This document shows, piece after piece, positions 51,154 to 62,827 of a stretch of DNA of 62,827 nt (positions are counted from its first letter, which is position 1; every line of letters begins with the position of its first letter). The stretch is taken from assembly GCA_910592345.1 (NCBI GenBank), contig CAJVPI010000062.1, forward strand, positions 1-62,827, in the 5' to 3' direction. The DNA comes from Paraglomus brasilianum (taxonomy: Eukaryota). Both the position numbers and the translations under genes were made by a program. The notes under the pieces are model-generated. The model was not told the origin of the DNA, searched no databases, and was given only the letters and a program-made list of their open reading frames with translations.

Positions 51154-51208
51154 GGGGGTTGACTTGGGGGGTTTGACTTGGGGATTGATTGGCTTGGGGG
51201 TTGGGGGG
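51154..51208 (+). other. Potential G-quadruplex-forming sequence
   Basis: Five G-runs (G5, G6, G4, G5, G6) separated by short loops, two of them (T)TTGACTT. Confidence 0.5.
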
Positions 51209-54200
51209 AGCGAGAGTGACTATGAATGAACAGCGACAACCATTTGATCATGATCTCGTTTCTGATTGGATATGCAATGGCGTAATATTTATCAATTCAG
51301 GGCGTTTGTCGAACGTTAAAAATTTTTTATCTGAACTTAATAAACCAGTTTCAGCGGCTTCCTTTCTCACACTCCACACCCTATTCCCGAGTTTATTTAA
51401 GACCTCCATATAGTTTAACCCTAATTCTCCTGCTTTCCCCAAATCGGTACATTGAACCCTACAAAAACTTCAAATGTCAGTTTGTCTCACCAAATGAAAC
51501 TCAAGGAGGTTAGACAAGTTGTTTGCTACGAACCCTCCAGGAACAATACCAACGGCGATGGAAAATATGACGAGTGGCGAGTAATTTTGGTGTTAATTAG
51601 ATGAGTGCAGTTAATGTTGTACCATACATGTAGAAAGCAGCAAACGTAAACTTTGACAGAGACGTTGAGCGAATGATGAATAGAGCACGGAAAACTAGAG
51701 ATAAAAAGGACTGAACGAAGACTAGAAGAACATGTTGTAACAGCCCGGAAAATCATTAACATAAAATGCATTTTTATTCCGAGCGTGTAGATGGTAAGTA
51801 GAAGATTACACATCAACTCTACGGCCCTCATTGTTAGTTAGTATTCCAATAATAATGACGCAATATCACCAACTGTAGAACATTAATATCGTTGTCCTTC
51901 TCATATTAACAATAACACTAACCAGATGGTTGGTCAGTCATAGTGTTCTTAGTATTGTTAATAATTGTACAACCCAATATTTTTAATCCTTGGCATGTCA
52001 TGTGGCTTGGTTACAAGAGTGACGTCTGTGAAAATTTTTTCCAATTCGCTAATACAACGGCTGATTTCACGGGAGACAAGCTTTGCCAAAAGGAGAGGTA
52101 GAAGATTCTACTCGAGCGAAAGAATGTCTCGCAGATCTTATGTTAAACGATTTCTATAATTGAAGATCAAGGTGAGTGGAATGCGTGCTCTTTCGGGAGA
52201 AGTGGAAACTGACTTTATTGCATCTGATGGTTGAACGATATATCAACAATGTACTGATTTTGGACGATTTGTTCGAAAAACATCGACAGCTTTAATAGAC
52301 AAAACCTTTCCCGATCTTTTCAACTCGTCGACTTGTCAAAGATATCTACTTTAACCTTTCTGTTGCCTGTACGTATTCTATGTTGATATTGAGCCAAAAC
52401 ATATCTAAAGCCGAGTTGGCTATATTGTTGCTTCTGATCATAAGTTAACAGTTCGGGCACTTTTCTGGAGTTGTTCAAGAATGATCCGATCACGCCAGAT
52501 TTGCCGAATGCCTGTATGTAGGTTTGGAGAGTAACGAACGCAGTTCCCAACAAGTCTGTTTCAGACAAAATCACGTTGCGGTGATATCCGGGATATAAGT
52601 TGCCAAACAATGGCCTGTGTCCGACGGAAGAAAAAGAGATGCGAAAGAAGATTCTTACTACATGAGAAACTGCATACTTGTCGCCATGGGAATTTTTAAC
52701 CGTTTCGGTCAAATTTCCGCCATTTCTCGATTTGAGGTTGAAAAGATGCGATTTGGCATGTAGATTGATTCTTGCCGCAACATCTTATTCACATCGCTAA
52801 GCCGAAATTCTTAATCAGACTAAAAATCGTTATAATTATCTTAACAATTCGGAAGATTAGTCACTTAAACCCGCATCATCATGATGCGGTTGGGTAAATA
52901 TAACATATTTTATTACTTGTTTTAACAAGTCTTGCTGATTAACAGTTGGTTTACAACAGCTCTTTGAAATTGGGAAATTTATGAAATTCAAATGAACAGA
53001 AGCTAACAAGGAGAGAAACAACCGACATGATCTAAATTGCACTTCCGATCTCTTGAAGACAAGTCCGATGACAAGCACCATACGACCCGACAATTACATT
53101 CATCGTGATGTGTAGATCTAATCAGTCCAAGAATCATCCCTATACTCTATACTGCATATGACGTCTAACGTTCACTTTTGTCTTGGGGGAGGGGGTTGCA
53201 GCACAACTCATGTAATTTGTTTTAGTAGCACGTTGCCAAGGATGCTCTTCATTTACCTCCAGCAAATAACAACTCCTCCCTCTTCTGGTTCCAACGACTC
53301 GATGACTTGTGAATAGAGAGCATTATTAATTTTCTTTTGATCGATGTACGACCTCATTGTTCATCACAATATTGCCGTTATTAGACAATAGTACGACATA
53401 ATCCCAATGTTTATGCAATATGCCATGTATTTTAATTAACACCACATACGTTGCTTGCCGATAATTTCTCCGATCTATTGAAGAGATACGAGCCCCCGAA
53501 AACAATCATCAAGGTGATATAAATAGACTAACAAACGTATGGTGATAACATTTCTGCTTTATTATATTTCTCATTTTGGTCACCGACAAAAAAAACCAAC
53601 CGATTTATGGGAATATTAAGGCGGATTTTTAATTGACCCAATAAAACACCAGACAGTCGATGGACAAAATAGTCGACCAAAACAACAAAATCGGGATCAG
53701 CATATGAGTAACCTAATACATCCTGCATTATCGAGTATACAGTCATAATATATTTTAAGTTATTATTAATGTTCATATTGTTATCATTCATAGTAAATAT
53801 AATTAGTAATGACCTGCTGTTTTCATAGTAGATACGCTTGCCATTCTTGTTTCTTACCTGATGGTCCACAGATGCTTTTGCATTCAGTGATATCTATCTA
53901 TCTATCATTATTATTATTATTATTATTATTCTTGCTATTTATTGTTAACCTGCCTGATGATTAATCAATTACTAATTAGCCTTTGCACACAATCAAATTT
54001 ATACATTAAACCTCCGACAAAAATCCGGCCTAAACACGTATCATACTCGTTCAGGAGAACTTGTCTATATTGGATATATTGAAATAGTAGTCGTCGAACG
54101 AAATTGGAAGAGAAGGGAGGTTTTATCCGAATACTGGCAAAATGAAGTTGGGAAGACTGTCATGTGGGATAGCATAGTGGAAAGTGGGGGGAGGGATAGG

Positions 54201-57200
54201 GGGCTTAAATTGTATAGATCTGCCGTTATAGACTTTTTTTTTATTGGACGATTTTATGCTCCTACTGAAATATACATATTGAGGGTCATCTGTTCTTCAT
54301 ATCCATTTCGAGTATGGAGAATGCATTTCTATTAATATATGATCGCCCTAATAGAACAATAGTAATATTGAGAATGCAGGAATATCTGATTCAGGGTCTA
54401 CTCAGTTTACTCGAAGAGGGCTTGTTGCTATTTGACTTTGTTCTAGACTTTTCCTGAAATAGATGCGTCGAGCTTATTAGCCATATAACAAGTAAATAAT
54501 ATAATAATAATAATAATAATAATAACAAACACATGATCATATATCATACATCGTTATTACGGATTTTCGGAATTTGGAATCCTCGGGAAGTCACAGGGAC
54601 GTAGCATTAACCAAGTATGGCACTGGTATTACTCGTATTGCCTAAAAATATCTTTGACTCTTATCGTTTGGTTGATCCGGCAAATTTAGTAAAATTAACA
54701 GATTTTAGCCAATCGTTTAGAATGTGGAAGAAATGTGACACACACGGAACTAATATACAAACAAATGGTGACCTATTTTTCAAACAATGGTCCCGATTAG
54801 TGAGCGAATTGCCTATGTCTGCAATATACGGTCATCCATTTAATAATCTCTACGCCTAAAGAGACTTATATGTCTACTCCACATCTTTTCTTGACGCCAA
54901 CTCATTTATCTCAAACACTTTCTTCGACATGTAATTAAACAAAAATGACGTCCAAGAACAATACATAGCCGAGGATACGTTACATGTAATCCGATGGGCC
55001 AGAGTATACGCGCGCCATCTCTTGATACCATACTACGAAACACACGGAGAAGGCTTATTTCTACAAATTGGGATAAAATGAAGGTTGAGGGTGTCGTACG
55101 CGTATGAAATGCATGTGGCAGAAAGAACAAACGGCTATCTATTGTTGTTTGAACCATAAACAACAACAATCTTATAATCAATATAGCACCAATAATCCAC
55201 ATAATATAAATTATAAACAAATCTATTCACTATTCCATTCACACAATAAAACAATCATTGTTCTTGTCTCTCTGTTTACATTGTTTCTATTTGCTAATCA
55301 ATCATCAAGGTTTTAACCCCAAACCCGAGCCTGAACTCTAACTTGTGTAATCTACATAATGCGTATTCGAACTATAGTTTCATATGACGAGGCTTATTCT
55401 GCAGCAGCATAGGCCATACCAGAAACGCTAAAAGGAAACCAGAATAAGCACGAACGAGTATTTGTGATGATTATTTTAGCAGGTGAAACTGGTATCGCTG
55501 CTTACCTGATGACGATCTTGTCGTTTCTAGAAAGATAGAACAATTTGATATGCTTTGTGGGACGATCTGATTGTTGCTTTATTAGCCTGCGATCGTCAAA
55601 AGTAAGGGAGGGGGTTCAGTAAAGATGAGGGGCAGCGCAGAACACTTGCAAACAACACAGTACTACTAACCTAATGCATAAGGTTGTGACTAAAAACCTA
55701 GAATAACAGCTAGTATCATCATCAGCTGCTACTTTAATTTAAGACACTTTTTTCACCTTTGCTTCTCTTTATGGTCTAGCATTCACTTGCGATAGTAAAT
55801 CTGATACAAGTACGGGTTGATCTAAATATAATTAACCCATCAACACTATACTATGTGACCTGGCTGCAGATATCATCTGACTTGATACTCTTGCAGCGAA
55901 AATACGCCTGTAAACCTATATCCGTTCTCCGTATACGATACGTTCTCTGTATATGATATACGCTTTGTATCAAAGTTCTCTCTCTTCGCCACTCTCTCTC
56001 CCTTTATAAACCATAGGTACCCGCATTAATTAATAAGTATTCATTTGTGTATGTGTATCCAAATCTAATAAATCGAATTAGTTTTATTCAAGCATGCTTA
56101 TCAATTGATCATCCTCAAACGGTATGGAATGTCAATCAATCGGTATCAATGGGGACGTTTTAATCAGGGGAGTGTTTCCTGCAGGTACATCCCCTGAAAT
56201 TTCTCGGTAACAAAATAGATTTCTAGTTACTTGCCAGAACATTTCCTATTGGGTTGAGTTAGCAAATAAGGATTGTGCATAAAACAAAGTTAATAGGAAT
56301 CATAAGGTCACAATGTTTTTTATGAAGCCCGTATTAGTATTAGATATCACAAACAGTTTGTATTCCCATTCATTCCCTTTCGAAGATCAAGAATACGGAC
56401 TCTTTTCTGACCAAGTATAAAAAATGATTATATGTACGAAACTATTTTGTATTATGGTTAGATCTCGAAAAGCAGGCAGGCCTTGATCCCGAACAAAATT
56501 AACTCTCGAGATCCTTTCGTTTATTATTATTTGGTGAGAATTTCTTACAAGTCATGTGATTAAAGAACGTCAATATGTTCAAGGGGAAAAATATATATAT
56601 GTAGAATAATTACAAACCATAACCCGCATAACTACCACTAAAGAATAAAATAAAAATGATAACTAAATACAAATATACGTCCAGAGTTGTTGTTGAAATA
56701 TATTTATAATAGTTGGAAGATATGTATAAAGTATTTATAATTGCGCAAGAAACAAACTAGGCATAATAGATTGTTTCTATGTTTATATGAATGTCTTTTT
56801 GTACAAACTAATTATTATAACCAAGAAGGACGTTGGAATAGATAGAGTTTATACATAGATCCATCTCGAACTAAACCGAAATTGAATGTCAGTAAAAACT
56901 AAAAGTTTATCCAAATGAAAGCGAGATTAAACAAAAAAAAAAAAAATCAAGAATAGCAGAATAGGAAACGCAGAACATTGTACAAAACCCTAATATAAAT
57001 TAGAATTGGGAAACATGAGACCAGCTCTCGGGATAGCTGTGAAGTGAAATGTCATAAACCGACTAGATAGACAATAACACCACTAACACGAATTACACTA
57101 ATCTATGTTAAATTATCCATAATCACCATCCCGCATCGGCTATGCCGACCGACATTTGATCCCGCATCTTAATATTAAAACTACTGTCGAATTTTGGTCT

Positions 57201-57250
57201 CCTTATTCTCCACACACCAACGCATTACTGGAACCCGATATATTCTTACT

Positions 57251-58444
57251 TCATCCCTGCGGCCCGTATCCATACACAAGTTGTTGCATCACTATATCGT
57301 TCACCCGCTCCAACTGATCTATCCTACTAATCAGAGCTAAAACAGCTGGATCTCGCAGATTGTCGTCAGTGAGATAAATAGGTTGGTCATGGCTAGCTTG
57401 TAAGTGTGGTTGGATAAGGTAAAATGATTGGCCTTGATAGTTGTTGTGAGAGGATATCGATGATTGAAGAATTCCTTGAGTCATCTCCTGAGTCATATCA
57501 TGGGCAATATCGTGAGCAATATCATGGGCCATGTTATGAGCCATATCCTGGGCCATATCATGCGGCATATCATGAGACATACCATGGACCATATTCTGTG
57601 ATATATCCTGGGGTATGTCATGCGGCACGTTAATACTATCCATATGTGCTTGATCTATAATAATATTGCCTATCATGTTGGTGCCTTGTGTAGTAGCCTC
57701 ATCGACTTGCATACCATCACTCGTACCGCCGTCATGTATACATAGCTCATCTCTGCGTATTATCTCACCAACCAAAGGCATTATATTACCAGTTAATATG
57801 GATTCCTCTGTAGATGAATAGATAGCAAGCTCGTCTCCGTGTTGTATAAATGGAGAATGGTGTATGGAAGATGAGTTTATGTCAGGGGTAAAGTCTGCTG
57901 GTGTTGATAGATACGGCGTTGTCATTGGCGTTGTCATTGGTGTTGTCATTGGCGTTGTTTGAGCAGAGTCTGACGAATTATTGCTGGTTGGGATATCAAC
58001 AATATTGTTGTTGGCATTAGTAACGCTACTAGCAATAGTGCTGCTGCTATCACTTCGTTTCATAGTAACCGCACTTTGTTCACTTGCCAATCTCATAATA
58101 TATATATTTTTTGCATCCCTTGAGAGACTCTTGTAATATGACTTTACTCTGTCATCTTCCTCATGCCACGCGAGTTTTGACATGGATGATACCCGCGGCA
58201 TTGTCAAGTATCGCCCACTGTCTTTAAGATAACGGTGAAAAACTGTACGATAAGCAATGAATGCATTTGCTGGTTTGGCTGGTTTACCAAGTTTATTCTT
58301 GGACAATGCTAGTTCTGCTAAATCACCCGCAGTTACGTCGGGTGGGAAAGGAGGACGAATGTTCGGTGCTCTCAGACCGTCGTCGTCATATATTGTGAAT
58401 GTTGGAGGAGCGCTTGAATACCCTTCTCTAGCGTACGATTGCAT
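57251..58444 (-). CDS. Divergent MATA-type HMG-box protein (397 aa, intronless) with tetrapeptide repeats
   Basis: IRPPFPPDVTAGDL..KPAKPANAFIAYRTVFHRYL..LTMPRVSSMSKLAWHEEDDRVKSYYKSLSRDAK. TTPM x3 and xHD(M/I)-type 12-bp repeats; short coiled-coil-like C-terminus LISRIDQLERVN. Confidence 0.9.
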   Translation of the reverse strand: MQSYAREGYSSAPPTFTIYDDDGLRAPNIRPPFPPDVTAGDLAELALSKNKLGKPAKPANAFIAYRTVFHRYLKDSGRYLTMPRVSSMSKLAWHEEDDRVKSYYKSLSRDAKNIYIMRLASEQSAVTMKRSDSSSTIASSVTNANNNIVDIPTSNNSSDSAQTTPMTTPMTTPMTTPYLSTPADFTPDINSSSIHHSPFIQHGDELAIYSSTEESILTGNIMPLVGEIIRRDELCIHDGGTSDGMQVDEATTQGTNMIGNIIIDQAHMDSINVPHDIPQDISQNMVHGMSHDMPHDMAQDMAHNMAHDIAHDIAHDMTQEMTQGILQSSISSHNNYQGQSFYLIQPHLQASHDQPIYLTDDNLRDPAVLALISRIDQLERVNDIVMQQLVYGYGPQG

Positions 58445-59280
58445 GTCAAATGATTTGTAGAGTGTATGTAGGATGTTGGTGATCTATTGTCTTTTGCTTT
58501 TGTGGATCGTCGGTTTAAAGAAAAGTATTATATTAATTATATAGTGAAGTCAATGGCAAGATTTATATTGACTGAAAATTATTAAGGAGTTGGGCGATAG
58601 AGGAAGCCATTTACACCCAATGAATTTCATCACTTTTTATGTGACTCGGTCCCTTTATCGCTGTACCACAATAACGCTTTTTTGGTTACCATATTTGACA
58701 TCACAATACGGGCCATTTTGTCTGGGCAGACTATATAAGTCTTCCGCTTGGTCATGCCCTAATAGGATTATACTAACCGGTACACTTACATCAAAATAAA
58801 CATAAATTACCGGTTCCTCCCGACGAGAAATGTTTCACTTCATTTGTTATGCGAACGTGGCATCCATCCGGTGACTGAATTAGGGAAAGGATAATTGTGA
58901 AAGCAAGACGAGCTTATACTCGTTCTCAAAATTAGCAGTTTATTACAACTCCGAGCGTCACCTGAGCATAATAATAAATAAACAAACAACCAATAAATAA
59001 ATTTTGATTACTAATAATTAGTCCGGATAATAATGAGCGAAGCGAGACCCTTGAGATTGAAAAATGATAGGTTGTCGGAAATTAATGTCGACGAAGATTT
59101 TTTTAGAGAAGTTCATGTGAGCCATTGTTATCGTTATATCAGTTAAGATTTTCGAGGTTAAAGCCTAAAGGAACTACTTTTTTGATCAATTGAGGCATCA
59201 GGCACTTTGACTAGTAGTTCCAAGAATTCCTGCCATAGACCACAACTGGTTTTTCATATACTGATCACTATGTGTGCCCG

Positions 59281-59393
59281 GGAGGCAATCATTTCGTCGA
59301 CAATCATTTCACCGACAAATCTTCACCAACATTATTTCGAAGTTATCCTTTTTTTGGTAGTTAATTGTCGGTGAAATGAAATAATACGGATCC
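59281..59393 (+). mobile_element. Mutator-like MITE, copy 3
   Basis: GGAGGCAATC...ATACGGATCC, with 9-bp ATGTGTGCC at 59270-78 and 59394-402 (2 extra nt on the left). Confidence 0.85.
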
Positions 59394-61216
59394 ATGTGTG
59401 CCATAGTCTAACTTTCGCACGCTTTTAACAACGAACTCGTCGACTTAACTTCATTGATATCAAAAATTACGGTTTTTCATAAGCAGTAACCGTTCATGAC
59501 TCCAATTGGTTAATTCAATCTTGTGTGTAGATTCCTCAGACTTCTCGTAATGCAGCTTGTGGATTCAATGTTGCAGTATTGTTGTTTGCAATGCGTAAAA
59601 TTTTTGTAGAGAAGTCAAGTAACTTTGTATTTTAGCCGTCATATTCAGGGCTTTTTCATAATCCTGGCTTCTACATCTTCTGGTTCATTGATTTGACAGC
59701 TAACATGCCTCTTATGTTTATCCCTAATATAATGCATATAATTATACATGTTAGGTATTTGCTTACATATAATCTATAGTAAATGAACCGTAGTTAAATA
59801 AGCATCTGAAAAGAAGCTATTATTTTTCTTAAAGAGCTTTCAATTACTACTATTGTACCAGAACGTAATCTGATTGAGTATCTGTAGCATAACTTGAACA
59901 AATTAAATATTTAATAAATGTGGGATAATTTAAATTATAATTAGGTCTATTAAAGTAAAAATATCTGAACCTAATTAATAGCAATGTATGCCTGGAAAAT
60001 ATTAATAGAAAAATTAATATGATCAAAAAGGTAGATGCATCGACTCTTCATTTTCCGAATATTTGGCATGGTAGCTTGTCTCCATTCACTAATCAACGAA
60101 GTGCTGCTCCTCTAACTGAAAATAAAAAATAATGATAATAATTATTTTAAACACTCACAATCAAAAGAATATAGAGAAAACGATAATAATATATATATAT
60201 TTATCTGATGAGGAAACGGATAGCTAATCTTTTTCTGAAAGTAATTATTGAATTCAATGGGTAAAACTTATAATAAAGAAAATGTTTCCAATAATAATAA
60301 CCTAAAGAACCTATTACTATTGGGTAAAACCAGATTTTTGGAGGAAAAAAAAACAAACTTCAAACTTTTATTTCAATAATCTGAGGTATCTATCTTTAAG
60401 CTTAACTAGCAAATATTTTATCTTGTACTAATTTGCCTTGAAATTTACTATTATGCATTTTGTACAGCACATATTATTCCATGAGAAAAAGCTTTATTAA
60501 ACAGTTACTTACTGTTATTACTTTAATTGCAGGATCCTGAACAGGTTAACGTTCACCTTAATAATTTTATTCTGATATTAATATTGTTATTATTTTCAAT
60601 ATCAGTAAAGAATAGATGATATGATATGGCTTTAACATTACTATACAAATTAGGTTACATATAATAATAATAATAAGAGTTTTTTTACTGTCATTCTTGA
60701 GTTTATGAGAATAAAACCATGCAACATACAGACAAAACACTCTAAGTGTACACCCTCTAAATGCATGGTTTGGCACGGTCCTGAGCTTGGGACTTAGTGA
60801 TAAATGTACCCCCCTATATCCTGCACATGCAATGATTTCCCATCCATATAAACTATTATTTTCTAAATGCATGCACGTGATCAATATTTGGAGTACATAT
60901 ATGTATACTCTTACTTCCTTGATTCTACAGCTTATAACAAGAATATATATAATTTACTGTTGATTTTCTTTTTCAAAAAGCACTATTAATTAGCTTCAAA
61001 CCCATACAAAACTATTGTCATTCACATGGTACACATGAGCAGGAGAGATTTTTGAAAAAAAAAAGACTTCATATGTTTTACTAGTAAAAAAAAATATGAA
61101 ATCCGGTAATTTATTGTAGAGTAGTGTATATGGACTTTCATTCTATGTTTGTGACACTGCTGATATCTAACCCCCCAGTATATCAGGTCACTGCGCAAAA
61201 AAAAAGTCACTTTACC

Positions 61217-61402
61217 ATGCTCACAATGAAAGACTGCGACGGAACCTTTCGTCAAAAATGCAGCATTTGCGACTGTCGGGAATTTGCTCCCCAAGATAGC
61301 GAAAAAATCACTTGCCGCTGCCAACATCACGCCGCCGACCATGCGGCCTTGAATATAATGCAGCCAGGTAACGACTTTGTGACTCGGGCGTTGGGGACAT
61401 AG
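61217..61402 (+). pseudogene. Cys/His-rich putative zinc-binding N-terminal exon
   Basis: QKCSICDCREF..KITCRCQHHAADH pattern; possible splice donor GTAACG at 61368. May belong with the fragment at 62019. Confidence 0.35.
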
Positions 61403-62018
61403 AATAGTGTGTATATAGGGTAGAGTGCTTGTATTCCATTAGTATTAGGCGTGGAGTAGAGGAAGAGGAGTACCAATGGGAGAGGAACATCTTGGAACAG
61501 CAAGAGACTTATTGGTTGGGAGAAAAGAAAAAGTGGGAGATGCTTTAGTTGCTCGGCCAGGTAGATAGCGAGAGCAGAGTAGACATATCAATATTGTTGA
61601 ATTCCTACATTTTGGAATGTTCAGTATACTGCTTGCGTTGACTAACTCGTGCTTTCTGTGCTCACACTTATATAACCTGTGTTCCGTTGATTTACCTGCT
61701 TCTGTTCTGTCGATGACCCATCGGGACCATATGTGCATTCGCGTGTTCGCCATCATTTCCTTTCGTTCTGCACTAAACTATTTTAGCAAGCAAAGCCGAT
61801 TATAAGAGAAAATCTTCAAACGACACATCTGGAACACCAAATACAAAACTCAGACGAAGCTCAGCTATTGATGACTCATTTACATTCCCATGTTATTATG
61901 AAAGCAAAGTGAAAAATAATATGTCTCTTATGCCGGAATATGCCCTCAGTTTTTGACAAAGCATTCTTAATACTGCAAGAAGCAAAAAAAGGTCCAAACA
62001 GAGAATGAATACCACAAA

Positions 62019-62405
62019 TTGGAGACAGTTTATCAATGTTATCTCATGCAGAAGCTAGAACATTTTGTTTCAAAACATCCAGAAATGGAATTGAAATGTG
62101 TGGATACTCATACAAGGCCAGTTCTTAAAGGACAAAAGCCAGACATTACATTCTATATACAAAATCAAGTTCTTACTGATATTAATATAATCTCCATTTT
62201 GGAGATCAAAGTCACAGAAAAAGAGGATGACTGGGTGCAAAATCCATCTATTGCACAACTCTGCCAATTTCTGGAGACACTTTTGCAGTTTAATCTTGAT
62301 CAAAAGGAGGTGATAGGGATTTTGACAACTTGCCACCATATCCAATTCATCAAAGCAGTATGCACCCGCCATGGTCTGGGTGCACTTAGAGGGTTTTATC
62401 TGTAA
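62019..62405 (+). pseudogene. Crinkler-like PD-(D/E)xK REase-fold fragment
   Basis: DTHTRPVL.GQKPDITF..ILEIK..AQLCQFLETLLQ..EVIGILTT..IQFIKA matches the REase-type domains found in CRN-like proteins. No ATG start; CpG-poor; truncated. Confidence 0.6.
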
Positions 62406-62827
62406 TACCCTTCAGAAGCGGTGGGTTGCTACATACTTTGTGAGACATACCTTCTTTTTTTTTTTTTTAAAAAAAAACAAAAAACAAACAAATATCCCAC
62501 AAATATCCCACAAACCTGTGAAAAAGCAGTTGATAAGTTAAAAAAAAAAATACCAGCAATTGGAAATTGTTACTCTAAATGATAAAATTATCCATATAAT
62601 GGAGTGATGAGAGCTATTGCCTTTACTAGGTTGTTTGTCTGGATCTATTATGGCTGAAATAGAAACTACTGTTAAGGCAAGCCGATCTGATGAATCAGAT
62701 AAGTGAGTCACGTGGTAAAATCTTCCTCCGCAACAATTAATTTTGGTATAGTACGCGATACCATCCGTTGCATATTTTGAGCATCGGTGCCACTAGTTAA
62801 TTTAAAATCTATTGGTCCTTGAAAATG

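Noticed and set aside
52320..52712. 130-codon minus-strand ORF
   Set aside because: Non-ATG start and no recognisable motif; it could be a relic but is unsupported.
53927..54525. (TTA)n and (TAA)n tracts as an inverted-repeat element
   Set aside because: Simple microsatellites with no further shared flanking sequence.

Overview
AT-rich, gene-sparse eukaryotic nuclear DNA with short GT-AG introns. The gene content points to an arbuscular-mycorrhizal or related early-diverging fungus (inference from multiple MATA-type HMG genes, an AIG1-GTPase/Hint fusion and a Crinkler-like relic). Six apparently intact genes: a SWIRM-domain protein (6205-7473, -); a six-exon AIG1/GIMAP GTPase fused to a Hedgehog-type Hint domain, a sterol-recognition-like region and a C-terminal TM helix (GIN1-like, 12827-14769, +); three intronless HMG-box transcription factors (22078-23376 -, 48931-50052 +, 57251-58444 -); and a three-exon secreted CAP/SCP protein with a basic NLS-like tail (34658-35407, +). 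The rest is mostly relics: a CpG-free, intronless, bacterial-style HIT pseudogene that appears to use TGA as Trp (possible Mollicutes endosymbiont insert); a full-length Tc1/mariner element inserted in an HMG pseudogene; an RNAi RdRP pseudogene with an inverted internal segment bounded by an 8-bp duplication; a three-copy MITE family with 9-bp TSDs; other transposase remnants; and a CRN-like fragment. The best candidate for an unusual system is the GTPase-Hint-TM protein, which could self-cleave and attach a sterol to its GTPase. Family assignments are from motif recognition by eye; no searches were run.
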